Below, in pieces: positions 27,920 to 38,219 of a stretch of 64,000 nt of DNA (the stretch's first letter is position 1; every line of letters begins with the position of its first letter). The position numbers and the translations under genes were made by a program. The stretch lies in the NCBI GenBank assembly GCA_963810095.1, contig CAWEMM010000013.1, forward strand, positions 116,355 through 180,354, read 5' to 3'. The stretch is from an uncultured Chloroflexia bacterium. Lineage in GTDB: Bacteria > Chloroflexota > Anaerolineae > CG2-30-64-16. The notes under the pieces are model-generated. The model made no database searches and had not been told where the DNA came from. It saw nothing but the letters and a program-made list of their open reading frames with translations.

Positions 27920-30550
27920 ATGACCACACCTATGCGCAGCCAGTACCTGGCGCTCAAGAAACAGTATCCCGACATCATCCTGCTCTTCCGCCTCGGCGAT
28001 TTCTACGAGACCTTCGACGACGACGCCAAGATCGTTTCCAGCGTGTGTGATGTCGTCCTCACGTCGCGGCCGGTGGGCAACGACGAGCGCGTGCCCTTGG
28101 CGGGGGTGCCCTACCACGCCGTCGACAACTACATCGCCAAGCTCATTGGTGCCGGTTATCGTGTAGCCATCGCAGAGCAGATCGGGACGGAGCCGCCGAA
28201 GGGTGAGAAGATCGTCCCCCGGGTCGTGCGGCGGGTGGTCACCGCGGGCACGCTGGTCGAGCCGGCACTGCTGCCCGAGAAGCGTAACAACTACGTGGCG
28301 GCGCTGGTGCTGGCGCCCAACCCGGCGGCGCCCGCTGCTGCGGGGGTGGCGTTTGCCGACATCAGCACCGGCGAGTTCGCGGTCTGCGAGCTTGCGGATG
28401 GTGGCGACGTGCTGCGGCAGGCGGCCGAAGAGTTGAGCCGCTTGAGCCCGGCCGAGGTGCTGCATCCGGCCAAGGACCCGCGTTGGGCCAAGCGCACGTC
28501 AGACGGGCAGGGCAGCCCACCGGGCGACGCCATCCCGGCCTTCCTGGATGCCTACCATGTCACGCCCTACGCGGCCTGGCGCTTCGAGGAGAGCACCGGG
28601 CGGGCGGCACTCCTCGAGCACTTTCGGGCAGCTACACTGGACGGGTTCGGCTGCGAGGGGAAGCCGCTGGCGGTGCGGGCAGCAGGCGCGCTGCTGCAGT
28701 ACCTGCAGGAGACGCAGAAGGAGGGCCTGCCCCAGCTTGCCGGCCTGCGCACCTACACCCTCGGCGAGTTCATGACGCTGGACGAGGCCACCCGGCGCAA
28801 CCTGGAGCTGACCGAGACAATCCGGGGCGGCTCGGCGCAGGGGTCGCTGCTCGGCGTGCTTGACGCTACGCTGACCCCAATGGGTGGGCGCCTGCTGCGG
28901 CGCTGGCTGGGGCAGCCCCTGCTGGACGCCGCGGCACTCGAAAGGCGGCTGGACGGGGTCGAATCCTGGCACGCGGATGCCATCCGCCGTGCCGAGCTGC
29001 GCGAGCTGCTGCGCGGGTTGGGCGACCTGGAGCGGTGGACGAACCGCTGCGTGCAGGGCATTGCGCTGCCCCGTGACCTGGTCGGCATCCGGGAGGCGCT
29101 GGGACGGGTAGAGCGCGTGGGCGGCCTCCTCGATGCGGAGACTGACCCGCTCGACGCCTGCCCGACCCTCGCTCGCCTCCTCTCTGAAGCCATCGGCGAC
29201 GATCCACCCGCCACGCTGTCGACGTCTGGCGTGATCCGGCCAGGTTTTTCCGCCGAGCTGGACGGCATTCACCTCGCGACGCGCGACGCGAAAAGCTGGA
29301 TCGCCAACCTCGAATCCGTCGAGCGCGCACGGACCGGCATTAGGTCGCTCAAGGTGGGGTACAACCGGGTCTTTGGCTATTATATCGAGGTGACGCAGGC
29401 CAATTCTGCGCTGGTCCCGGCGGACTACATCCGTAAGCAAACCCTCGTCAATGCCGAGCGCTACATCACGCCCGATCTCAAGGAGTACGAGGCGCTGGTG
29501 TTGAACGCCGAGGAGAGGGTGCTCGAGCTGGAGGGTCAGCTCTACCGCGACGTGTTGGCTCAAGTTGCAGCCGGGGCCAGCCAGCTCCTGCACACGGCGG
29601 GCCGGCTCGCCGAACTCGACGTACACTCCAGCCTTGCCGAGGTCGCCGAGGCTAACAAGTACGTGCGCCCGACCCTGGCCGAGGACGGGGCCATAGACAT
29701 CCGCGGGGGGCGGCACCCGGTGGTGGAGCGGATGCTGGCGGACGGCGCGTCCTTCACGCCAAACGACGCGCATCTGTCGCCCGAGCAGGCGATCGTCGTG
29801 CTCACCGGGCCGAACATGGCCGGCAAGTCGACGTGGATTCGCCAGGTGGCGATGATCGTGCTGATGGCGCAAATTGGGTCGTTCGTCCCGGCCGACTCCG
29901 CGCGGATCGGGCTCGTGGATCGCATCTTCACCCGCATCGGCGCGTCGGATGAGATCGCGCGCGGCCAATCCACATTCATGGTGGAGATGGTGGAAACCGC
30001 CAATATCCTCCACCACGCTACCAGCCAGTCCCTGCTGATCCTGGACGAGATCGGCCGGGGCACGAGCACGTACGACGGGCTTGCGATCGCGTGGGCGGTC
30101 GTCGAGTACATCCACAACCACCCGGGCCTGCGCGCCAAGACGCTTTTCGCCACGCACTACCACGAGTTGACCGACCTGGCCGAGCGGCTGCCCCACGTGG
30201 TGAACTTCAACGTGGCCGTGGCCGAGCAGGGGGATACGGTGGCCTTCCTGCACAAGATCGTTCCCGGCGCGGCCGATCGTTCCTACGGGGTCCACGTGGC
30301 CCAACTGGCGGGGATGCCGCGGCCGGTGGTCACCCGCGCACAGGAGATCCTGGCCGACCTGGAGGCATCCGGCGCGGCGGGCCCGCGGCGTTCCACGCTG
30401 GGCCAGCCGGTGCTCTTCCAACTCCCGCTCTTCTCGTCCGAGGACCCGGTCATCGCGGAACTGAAGGTGCTCGACGTCAATGCGCTGAGCCCGCTCGCCG
30501 CGCTGAACAAGCTCTACGAGCTGCAGCAGCGGGCCAAGAAGGGGGAGTAA
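27920..30550 (+). CDS. mutS: DNA mismatch repair protein MutS
   Basis: TPMRSQY, GDFYETF, TGPNMAGKST, STFMVEM, DEIGRGTST, FATHYHEL; TATAAT 8 bp upstream and no SD, suggesting leaderless mRNA. Confidence 0.98.
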   Translation: MTTPMRSQYLALKKQYPDIILLFRLGDFYETFDDDAKIVSSVCDVVLTSRPVGNDERVPLAGVPYHAVDNYIAKLIGAGYRVAIAEQIGTEPPKGEKIVPRVVRRVVTAGTLVEPALLPEKRNNYVAALVLAPNPAAPAAAGVAFADISTGEFAVCELADGGDVLRQAAEELSRLSPAEVLHPAKDPRWAKRTSDGQGSPPGDAIPAFLDAYHVTPYAAWRFEESTGRAALLEHFRAATLDGFGCEGKPLAVRAAGALLQYLQETQKEGLPQLAGLRTYTLGEFMTLDEATRRNLELTETIRGGSAQGSLLGVLDATLTPMGGRLLRRWLGQPLLDAAALERRLDGVESWHADAIRRAELRELLRGLGDLERWTNRCVQGIALPRDLVGIREALGRVERVGGLLDAETDPLDACPTLARLLSEAIGDDPPATLSTSGVIRPGFSAELDGIHLATRDAKSWIANLESVERARTGIRSLKVGYNRVFGYYIEVTQANSALVPADYIRKQTLVNAERYITPDLKEYEALVLNAEERVLELEGQLYRDVLAQVAAGASQLLHTAGRLAELDVHSSLAEVAEANKYVRPTLAEDGAIDIRGGRHPVVERMLADGASFTPNDAHLSPEQAIVVLTGPNMAGKSTWIRQVAMIVLMAQIGSFVPADSARIGLVDRIFTRIGASDEIARGQSTFMVEMVETANILHHATSQSLLILDEIGRGTSTYDGLAIAWAVVEYIHNHPGLRAKTLFATHYHELTDLAERLPHVVNFNVAVAEQGDTVAFLHKIVPGAADRSYGVHVAQLAGMPRPVVTRAQEILADLEASGAAGPRRSTLGQPVLFQLPLFSSEDPVIAELKVLDVNALSPLAALNKLYELQQRAKKGE

Positions 30551-30611
30551 CGCATTTGTTCTATTGGCGCGACGGCGACCGGATGGTATAATTCACCCAC
30601 GAGGTGATGCC

Positions 30612-31184
30612 ATGCTGCGGGCGAGAAAGACAAAGTTTTCCCAGGAAGAGTACCTCGCGATGGAAGAGGTCGCACAGTACAAGAGCGAGTTTCACCGGGG
30701 CGAGATCTTCGCGGTGTCTGGGGGCACCTACAATCACAGCGTAATTCAAGGCAATCTTGTTCGGCAACTCGGCAATCTGCTGGACTCGAAACCGTGCACG
30801 GTTGTAACGGCGGACCTGCGCATCCATATTGAAGCCGGGGACCTTTTCACGTATCCCGATGCGGCCGTGGTGTGCGGGAAGGCCCGGTTCTTTCCGAGAC
30901 GAACCGATACGATTGTGAATCCTTCGCTTATCATTGAGGTTTTGTCACCTTCGACACGTGACTATGATCGGGGTGCGAAGTTCGAGATGTACAAGCACAT
31001 CCAGAGCTTACAGGAGTATGTCCTGGTCGAAGGCGAGAAGGCGCACGTCGAGTGCTTCCGCCGTCGCGCAGGCGGCTGGACGCTGGCCGCCTTCAGCGGT
31101 ATGGATGCAAGCTGCCGTCTCGAGTCACTTGACTGTGAAATCCCGTTGAGCCGGATTTATCAGAAGGTCACCTGGCTCGAATGA
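30612..31184 (+). CDS. Uma2-family (DUF820) endonuclease-like protein
   Basis: EEYLAMEE, TYPDAAVVC, IIEVLSPSTRDYDRGAKF, LQEYVLV. Confidence 0.92.
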   Translation: MLRARKTKFSQEEYLAMEEVAQYKSEFHRGEIFAVSGGTYNHSVIQGNLVRQLGNLLDSKPCTVVTADLRIHIEAGDLFTYPDAAVVCGKARFFPRRTDTIVNPSLIIEVLSPSTRDYDRGAKFEMYKHIQSLQEYVLVEGEKAHVECFRRRAGGWTLAAFSGMDASCRLESLDCEIPLSRIYQKVTWLE

Positions 31185-31260
31185 CCCGACGCCTCGTACT
31201 TGACCGCCACGGCCCGGCACTCGTCGGGCCATTTATTTGTGTTTACGTGAGGTTCGCTTC

Positions 31261-33453
31261 TTGACCGACTCCTTTGCCCCCATCATCGCCAAAGAGCTGG
31301 GACTCTCAGCCCACTCGGTCGGCGCCACCGTCGAGCTGCTCGACGGCGGCAACACCATTCCCTTCATCGCACGCTACCGCAAGGAGGCCACGGGCGGGTT
31401 GGATGAAGTCCAGCTGCGCCAGGTGGAGGCGCGGCTGGCGTACTTGCGCAAGCTGGCCGAACGCCGAGAGGCCATCGCGACCGAGATCACGTCGCAGGGC
31501 AAGCTGACCGACGAGCTGGCGGGACAACTCGGCGCCGCGGCCACGCTCCAGGCGCTGGAAGACCTGTATCGCCCCTACAAGCCCAAGCGGCAGACCCGGG
31601 CGGCCATCGCGCGCGAGCGCGGGCTGGAACCCCTGGCCCTGGCCGTTTTGGAGCAGGATGCCAAGGCCGATCCGGCCGCGCTGGCGGGGGCGTATCTGAG
31701 CGATCAGGTGCCCGACGTGGCCGCGGCGCTGGCCGGTGCACGCGACATCATTGCGGAGCAGGTGAGCGACGATCCGAACGCCCGGCTGCTGGTGCGCCAG
31801 CGGTTCGCGGCGGACGGGTTTGTTGCCAGCCGGCGAGCAAGCGAGACGGCCGACGAGGCGGGCCGGTATCGCGTCTATTACGAGTTCCGCTGCGCGCTCC
31901 GGGCGGTGCAGCCGCACCAGTGGCTGGCCCTGACGCGGGGGGCCGCGGATGGCAGCTTGAAGGTGGAGATTACGACCCCGGACGCGGAGATGGCCGGCCA
32001 GTTGGTGCGCCGGTGGACCCGCAGCCCGGGCAGCCGTTCTGCCGAGCAGGTGCGCCTTGCGATCGAGGACGGTTACGATCGCCTCCTGCGTCCGTCGGTC
32101 GAGCGGGAGGTGAGCGGACAACTGGGTGAGTTCGCGGACGACCACGCGATCCAGGTCTTTGCCGCCAACCTGCGAAACCTGCTGCTCCAGCCGCCCCTGC
32201 ACGAGCGTGCGGTACTGGGGATCGATCCGGGCTTTCGCACCGGCTGCAAGGCTGCAACTGTAAGTCCCACCGGCAAGCTGCTGCACACCGTCACGATCTA
32301 TCCGCACGCCCCGCAGCATGAGGCTGAGAAGGCCAAAGCCGCGCTGGCCAAGCTGATCGAAATGGATGGGGTGAGCGTCATCGCGATTGGCAATGGCACG
32401 GCAAGCCGCGAGACTGAGGCCCTGGTGGCCGAGTTGATCCAGGGCGGCGGTGAGAAATCTGCCTTCTCCCACGTGGCCTATGTGATGGTGAGCGAGGCGG
32501 GCGCGTCGGTTTACTCCGCGTCGGACGTGGCGCGCGCTGAGTTCCCCGAGCTGGACGTCTCCATGCGCGGCGCAGTCTCGATCGCGCGTCGCTTGCAGGA
32601 CCCGCTTGCAGAATTGGTCAAGATCGACCCGAAGAGCATCGGCGTCGGCCTGTATCAGCACGACGTGGATCAGGGGAAGCTGGCGGCCACGCTGGACGCA
32701 GTGGTCGAATCGGTGGTGAACTACGTCGGCGTGGACGCGAACACGTCCTCTGCCCAGTTGTTGGGGTATGTCTCGGGGATCAGCAGGCGCCTGGCCGGCG
32801 CCATTGTCGGCCACCGGGACGAGAACGGGTCATTCGAGTCGCGCACCGACCTGAAGAAGGTCAAGGGGCTCGGGCCGAAGGCGTTCGAACAGGCCGCCGG
32901 CTTTCTCCGCGTGCCCGGCAGCCGAAATCCCCTGGACAACACGACGATTCACCCCGAGTCGTACAACGCGACGAAAGCGCTGCTCGAGCTTGCCGGGCTC
33001 AATCTGCGAATGAAAGACTTGCCCAATTCGCTTCGGCGGTGGTTGGCGAGCGAAGGGCTGAACCTCGATGCGCAGGGGGGCAAATGGGCGGACGTGGCAG
33101 CCTTGCTCGGGATAGGGGAACCGACGCTGCGAGACATCGTCGGTGCGCTGCTCAGGCCGGGCCGCGACCCCCGCGACGATCTGCCGCCCATGGTGCTCCG
33201 CCGCGATGTGCTGAGCATCGAAGATCTGCGCGAGGGCATGGTGCTGAAGGGCACGGTGCGCAACGTGGTCGACTTCGGCGCGTTTGTGGATATTGGCGTG
33301 AAGCAGGACGGACTCGTGCACATCAGCAAGATGGGCAAGAAGTTCGTGCGTAACCCGCATGAAGTGCTCGGGGTCGGCGATGTAGTTGACGTAACCGTCG
33401 TGGGCATCGACCGTGAGCGCGGGCGGATCGGGCTGGCGATGGTGCAGGAGTAG
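31261..33453 (+). CDS. tex: Tex transcription accessory protein (YqgF-like, HhH, S1)
   Basis: TIPFIARYRKE, GIDPGFRTGCK, SEAGASVYS, DFGAFVDIG. Confidence 0.96.
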   Translation: MTDSFAPIIAKELGLSAHSVGATVELLDGGNTIPFIARYRKEATGGLDEVQLRQVEARLAYLRKLAERREAIATEITSQGKLTDELAGQLGAAATLQALEDLYRPYKPKRQTRAAIARERGLEPLALAVLEQDAKADPAALAGAYLSDQVPDVAAALAGARDIIAEQVSDDPNARLLVRQRFAADGFVASRRASETADEAGRYRVYYEFRCALRAVQPHQWLALTRGAADGSLKVEITTPDAEMAGQLVRRWTRSPGSRSAEQVRLAIEDGYDRLLRPSVEREVSGQLGEFADDHAIQVFAANLRNLLLQPPLHERAVLGIDPGFRTGCKAATVSPTGKLLHTVTIYPHAPQHEAEKAKAALAKLIEMDGVSVIAIGNGTASRETEALVAELIQGGGEKSAFSHVAYVMVSEAGASVYSASDVARAEFPELDVSMRGAVSIARRLQDPLAELVKIDPKSIGVGLYQHDVDQGKLAATLDAVVESVVNYVGVDANTSSAQLLGYVSGISRRLAGAIVGHRDENGSFESRTDLKKVKGLGPKAFEQAAGFLRVPGSRNPLDNTTIHPESYNATKALLELAGLNLRMKDLPNSLRRWLASEGLNLDAQGGKWADVAALLGIGEPTLRDIVGALLRPGRDPRDDLPPMVLRRDVLSIEDLREGMVLKGTVRNVVDFGAFVDIGVKQDGLVHISKMGKKFVRNPHEVLGVGDVVDVTVVGIDRERGRIGLAMVQE

Positions 33454-33463
33454 GGGGCCCGCG

Positions 33464-34204
33464 ATGAGCGTGATCGAAAGGTTGCTCGAGGAGCCTACGC
33501 CGGACGGAGTGCTGTGCGATCTCCGGGTGGGAACCCACTGGACGCTGGCGGTGCTCGAGACGCCGCAAGGCGAACGCGCGGGCCTGGCATCCACGCAGAT
33601 GGTGCACGACCTCGAACATGGGACTCCGGCAGTGCGTGACGCCGGGTTGCTGCTGGGCCGGGCGGGGCAGGCTTTGGCGCAATGGGCGCTGTCGGCCAGC
33701 CTGACCGAGCGCAGTATCGGGTTCGCGGTGCTCAACGCGCTGCTGCCCGTCGACGAGGCGCGCTGCAGGCCGCTCAACGCGGAGTCATTGATCCTCGAAC
33801 GTGGCCAGGGCAAGCACGTAGCGATCGTCGGCCACTTCCCGTTCGTGGATAAGGTGCGAGCGGCGGCTGGCCGCTGCTCCGTGCTCGAGCTAAACCCGCA
33901 GGCGGGCGACCTCCCGGCCTCCGAGGCTCCCCGGGTGATCCCCGAAGCCGACGTGGTGGCCATCACGGGGATGACCCTTGTAAACGGCACCTTCGAGTCG
34001 CTCGCGGCGCTGTGCCGTCCGGATGCCTATGTCCTGCTGCTTGGCGCGACGGCGCCACTTGTCCCGCTGTTATTTGATTACGGCGTGGACGCCATTTCGG
34101 GGACGGTGATCGACGACATCCCGCTGGCGGCCGCAGCGGTCAGCCAGGGCGCGAACTTCAGGCAGATCAAGGGGAAGCGGCTGCTTACCCTGATGCGGGA
34201 CTAG
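33464..34204 (+). CDS. DUF364 Rossmann-like protein
   Basis: AIVGHFP, ADVVAITGMTLVNGT, LFDYGVD. Confidence 0.8.
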   Translation: MSVIERLLEEPTPDGVLCDLRVGTHWTLAVLETPQGERAGLASTQMVHDLEHGTPAVRDAGLLLGRAGQALAQWALSASLTERSIGFAVLNALLPVDEARCRPLNAESLILERGQGKHVAIVGHFPFVDKVRAAAGRCSVLELNPQAGDLPASEAPRVIPEADVVAITGMTLVNGTFESLAALCRPDAYVLLLGATAPLVPLLFDYGVDAISGTVIDDIPLAAAAVSQGANFRQIKGKRLLTLMRD

Positions 34205-34251
34205 CTTCCCTTCGACCTCTCCTACGTGCCACGGCCCGGGCAGCCTCGGCG

Positions 34252-34899
34252 CTAAGGCGCGATATAGACCTGGTCGAACAGGCCCAGCCCGTTGAGCGTG
34301 TCGTAGGCGTGGGTGCGCACGAGGCGGTTGGTGTCGTTGAGGGCCGCGTACAGGGCCGTTAGCGCTGGCAGGTACTCACGGCCATACTCGTTGAGCGTTT
34401 TGCCGGCCAGCGCCGGGCCAGCGATGCGGCCGATCGCGCGGGAGGCACGAACGCGAACGCCGTCCCGGCGGTCCGCCATTGCGGCGACGAGGGCAGGCAG
34501 CGCCGGGACGCCGATCAACGCAAGCGCGTCGGCCGCGGAGTCACGGACCCAACCGCTATCGTCGGTCAGGGCCGCCAGGAGGGCAGGAATGGCGGCTGCC
34601 GCGCGGAGCTCACCGAGCCCCAGCGCGGCCGCACAACGGGTCGGCTCATCCGGATCGGCGAGGTGCTCCACGAGGAGGCGCTGGGCGAGTGAGCGTTCCT
34701 CTGGGTCGGCGCCGAGCAGCGCAAGGGTGCGCACGGCCCACCAGCGGCGGTTCTCGTCCGGGTCGCTCAGCAGGGGCCGCAGGGCGGGTAAAACGCCGGG
34801 GATGGCGCCCAAAGCCCGGACCACTCGTTCGGCCTGTTCGTCGTCGTCCGCTGCGATGGCGTCCAGGAGTGCCTCGATCAGATCAGTTGTATCGGGCAT
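34252..34899 (-). CDS. HEAT-repeat protein
   Basis: Repeated LxDxDxxxRxxAAxALG units. Confidence 0.85.
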   Translation of the reverse strand: MPDTTDLIEALLDAIAADDDEQAERVVRALGAIPGVLPALRPLLSDPDENRRWWAVRTLALLGADPEERSLAQRLLVEHLADPDEPTRCAAALGLGELRAAAAIPALLAALTDDSGWVRDSAADALALIGVPALPALVAAMADRRDGVRVRASRAIGRIAGPALAGKTLNEYGREYLPALTALYAALNDTNRLVRTHAYDTLNGLGLFDQVYIAP

Positions 34900-35336
34900 T
34901 GCGTCAACGCATCCTCAATCCAAAATAGCGGCAGACCGTCGGGAAGGCGCCACAGGTGTGCGCCGCAGCCGCTCCGGCAATCGCTGCTGCCAAAGCCAAA
35001 GATGGGCGCCGAAGCGCCGGCAAGGGCCCGCAGGGTGTGTGACCAGGCGCACTCGCGGCGTTCCGGTCCGTACACGCCGGCTGCAGCGACCACGGGAGCG
35101 ACGGCCGCGAGATAGTCGATGTGCCAGTGCCTTCGTTTATCGGGCCGCAGGTGGCGGTTCAGGCGCGCCGCCACGCCGCCCGGGCCCAAGGCGCTGCCCA
35201 GGTAGACATAGCGGCCCTGTTCGATCACCACTCGTCCGAGCCGGCCGACGTCGAGCACCGTGCCGGCGGGCAGATCGAGCACGAGCACGTAGGAGCCCGG
35301 CTCGCTGCGCCACCGGGACCCCGGATCCACCTGCAT
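34878..35336 (-). CDS. DUF123 / GIY-YIG-like nuclease
   Basis: GSYVL, YVYLGSA, HWHIDYL, GFGSSDC..C..HL. Confidence 0.85.
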   Translation of the reverse strand: MQVDPGSRWRSEPGSYVLVLDLPAGTVLDVGRLGRVVIEQGRYVYLGSALGPGGVAARLNRHLRPDKRRHWHIDYLAAVAPVVAAAGVYGPERRECAWSHTLRALAGASAPIFGFGSSDCRSGCGAHLWRLPDGLPLFWIEDALTQCPIQLI

Positions 35337-35356
35337 CTTCACGAGGATATGATAGC

Positions 35357-35929
35357 ATGGAGTCGGTCGGAACGCGAAGAGAGCGGCTGTTTGACGATAA
35401 GTGGCGAAAGGTGGCAGCAGTGCGGCAGATCCTATCGGGCGTGCTGGGCGATCCGGCGTTTGCCGGCGATCACCGGCTGGAATTGCTCGGCGACGTCTTG
35501 GTGGAGCGAGTGGTGTGGCAGGAACTACCAGGGCCGCGCACGCTCGCGGGTGCGATCGTCGCTCAGACGGGCGCGATCTGGTTTCGGTTCTGGCTGCCGC
35601 GTTACGACCAGGTGGTCGAACGGTACTTTCTGCCCGACGGGACGACACTGGGCACGCACATCGACGTCTGCGGGCCGTTGTCGTGCGACGAACACGGCTG
35701 CCGGGCCGAGGACTATATCATGGACATCTGGATTGACTCGCAGGGCCGGGTGACCGTACAGAACGAGGACGAGTTCGAGCGGGCGGTGCTGCTCGGCGAA
35801 CTGGGCGCGGAGCAGGCGCAGTGGGCGGAGCAGCATCTGCGCGACCTCACGGCAGCGATCGCGCGCAACCGTTTCCCGCCTCCTCTCGTGCGCAACTGGC
35901 AAATCGACCCGACGCGCTTCAAGCGGTAG
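35357..35929 (+). CDS. DUF402-like protein
   Basis: DYIMDIWI..VQNEDEFERA pattern. Confidence 0.65.
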   Translation: MESVGTRRERLFDDKWRKVAAVRQILSGVLGDPAFAGDHRLELLGDVLVERVVWQELPGPRTLAGAIVAQTGAIWFRFWLPRYDQVVERYFLPDGTTLGTHIDVCGPLSCDEHGCRAEDYIMDIWIDSQGRVTVQNEDEFERAVLLGELGAEQAQWAEQHLRDLTAAIARNRFPPPLVRNWQIDPTRFKR

Positions 35930-35942
35930 CAGGGCGGGGAGC

Positions 35943-36605
35943 TCAGCGGCGAGGACGCCTTGGGAAAACTCCCGCAATGGCGAAGAGCGCGGTCAGGAGG
36001 AAGCCGAGGGTCGAGAGCCAGAAGCCCCATCCGGGGTGGACCGTCTGCCGGTAGAGCGCCTCGACCGAGGGTAGAATCGGCAGAAAGCTGGACAGCGGCC
36101 AGATCGCGGCCGCAAGCGCGAGCGCGGCGATAAGCGGCAGCACGACGGCATCGGGCAGGAAGCGGGTGACCAAGAGCAGCACGAGCGCGGCAATGCACCC
36201 GACCATGACGATCGTCTGCAGGCGGAACTCCGGGAGGGTTAGCAGCACCGGGCTCCACGCCGGCGGCAGCATGGCGAGCGCCAGTGGGATCGCCAGCAGC
36301 CCACTGACCCACCGCAGCCAGAGCGGCAGGACGCGCCGGCTGGCGATTAACCCCGCGATGAGGCTGCCCGCGGCCAGGGGCATGTAGAAGGACTCGCGCA
36401 GCATCTGCAGCTGGCCGGCACGGTATGCGGGCAGGAACTTCACGTACTCGGCCAGGTCGACGCCGGTCACTACAAGGCCGGCCGCCCGGTGCCAGACCCA
36501 CGCGCCGAAATAGCCAGCCAACGCGACGGCAAATGCTGCGAGCACGGGCCACCACTTCAGGCGCGGACGGGGCGGCGCAGGCCGAGGGGCGATGGAAGTG
36601 TTCAT
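35943..36605 (-). CDS. Hypothetical membrane protein
   Basis: About 6 TM segments; DLAEYVKFLP; abuts the GT4 gene. Confidence 0.7.
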   Translation of the reverse strand: MNTSIAPRPAPPRPRLKWWPVLAAFAVALAGYFGAWVWHRAAGLVVTGVDLAEYVKFLPAYRAGQLQMLRESFYMPLAAGSLIAGLIASRRVLPLWLRWVSGLLAIPLALAMLPPAWSPVLLTLPEFRLQTIVMVGCIAALVLLLVTRFLPDAVVLPLIAALALAAAIWPLSSFLPILPSVEALYRQTVHPGWGFWLSTLGFLLTALFAIAGVFPRRPRR

Positions 36606-36606
36606 C

Positions 36607-37731
36607 TTAGCGTCTGACGGCCTCGTAAGCGTTGACCAACTGCCGGGCGGCGTCGTCCCACGTAAAGCGTGCCGCCTGAGCCCGGCCCAGATCTGCCAGA
36701 CGAGCGCGAAGCGTGGCATCTCCCAAGATGCGGGCCATCGCGTCGGCCAGGCCGGTCACATCCTCTGCCTCGGCATAGAGTGCCGCGGTTCCCAGCACCT
36801 CAGGCAGGCTCGAGTTGTTGCTGGCCACGACGGGCGTCCCGCACGCCATCGCCTCCAGCGGGGGCAGGCCAAATCCTTCGTATAGCGACGGAAAAGCGAA
36901 CAGGTCTGCGAGCGTGTAGAGCGCCGGTAGATCCTCGTCCGCGACGAAGCCGGGAAATAGCACGTCCTCCGTGAGTCCCTCGCTCGTCACCTGCGTGAAT
37001 ATGTCTTCGTATAGCCAACCCTTTGATCCGCTTAGCACGAGTGCGTGGGGCAGCCCCGTCTGCCGGCGCATCTCGGCATAGGCCGAAATCAGGCGGGCAA
37101 GGTTCTTGCGGGGCTCGATCGTGCCTACAAATAGAACGAAGAACTCGGGCAAATGGTAACGCTCGCGTACGGCTGCCAGCCGGGCCGGGTCGCGGACCGG
37201 ACGAAAGCGCGGTTCGACGCCGGCGTAGACCACGGCAACCTTGTCCTCAGGCACAGCAAGCAGTTCGAGAATATCGCGGCGGGTGTTTTCGGAATCGGCA
37301 AGCACCCGGGCGGCCCGTGCCACGGAAGCCGGCACGCGCTCGGTCAGGTAGGCGCGCAGGCCGGGATCCGCACATTCGGGTGCCTTGAGGAACGACAGGT
37401 CGTGAACGGTCACGACGCCGGCCGCGCTTGATAGGGGTGGCAGCGTGAAGTCGGGGGAGTGGAAGATATCTGCCGCGCCGGCAATGCGCTCAGCGGGCAG
37501 CGGCAGCCTCAGCTTATGCCAGCCGGCCGTCAGGAAGCGCTCGGGCACGGGCGTGGTGCGCACGCTGAAATTCGGCGGCCAATCGTGGTGCGCGGGCGCG
37601 TCACCGGCACAGAAGAGCGTATAGGTATTCTCGCGATCAAGCTGCGCGAGGGCGCTGACCAGGTTGCGGGTATACCGTCCGACGCCAGCACGCTGCCGTA
37701 CAGCAGAGGTGTAGTCGATCGTGATGCGCAT
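36607..37731 (-). CDS. Family 4 glycosyltransferase
   Basis: [29 protein letters not shown]. Confidence 0.93.
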   Translation of the reverse strand: MRITIDYTSAVRQRAGVGRYTRNLVSALAQLDRENTYTLFCAGDAPAHHDWPPNFSVRTTPVPERFLTAGWHKLRLPLPAERIAGAADIFHSPDFTLPPLSSAAGVVTVHDLSFLKAPECADPGLRAYLTERVPASVARAARVLADSENTRRDILELLAVPEDKVAVVYAGVEPRFRPVRDPARLAAVRERYHLPEFFVLFVGTIEPRKNLARLISAYAEMRRQTGLPHALVLSGSKGWLYEDIFTQVTSEGLTEDVLFPGFVADEDLPALYTLADLFAFPSLYEGFGLPPLEAMACGTPVVASNNSSLPEVLGTAALYAEAEDVTGLADAMARILGDATLRARLADLGRAQAARFTWDDAARQLVNAYEAVRR

Positions 37732-37733
37732 CG

Positions 37734-38219
37734 TCAGGCGATGCCCTTATACGTCCATCTCCGGTTGACGAAGTAGTTCCAGAACAGGACAATGCCGATC
37801 GCGACGATCTTGGCGGCGATATACGCGGGTGGGTCCTGCAGGAACCGGCCAAAGAGCGGGTGCAGAGCGGCGACCACGACCTCATTGATGCCCAGACCAA
37901 TCGCGTTGATGATGAAGAACTGCAGCAGTTGGCTGCTGATGGCCCGCTGGCGGCTCTCGGGGAAGGTCCATAGCCGGTTCCAGGTGAAGTTGCTCACCAC
38001 GGCGACCGTGAACCCGACGGCAACTGCGAGGGTGAGCGGCAGGCCCAGCCACTCGTGCGCGATGGTCATGGTTGTGAGATCGACGACCATGCCGATGGCG
38101 CCGACGATGGCAAACTTTAGAAAGCGCTCGAACTCACGCGGCTTCTGAGCAAAACCCGTCCGGTTGATCACCGGCAGGCGCAGGAGAGCCATCACGATCG
38201 GGGATGCCTCATTTGACAT
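37734..38219 (-). CDS. GtrA-family membrane protein
   Basis: RFLKFAIVG, NFTWNRLWTF, WNYFVNRRWTY; start uncertain (38219 or 38249). Confidence 0.88.
   Translation of the reverse strand: MSNEASPIVMALLRLPVINRTGFAQKPREFERFLKFAIVGAIGMVVDLTTMTIAHEWLGLPLTLAVAVGFTVAVVSNFTWNRLWTFPESRQRAISSQLLQFFIINAIGLGINEVVVAALHPLFGRFLQDPPAYIAAKIVAIGIVLFWNYFVNRRWTYKGIA

Noticed and set aside
30612-35336. Uma2, HEAT and DUF123 genes as a defence island
   Set aside because: Common stand-alone genes interspersed with mutS and tex; no partner ATPase, methylase or toxin-antitoxin arrangement
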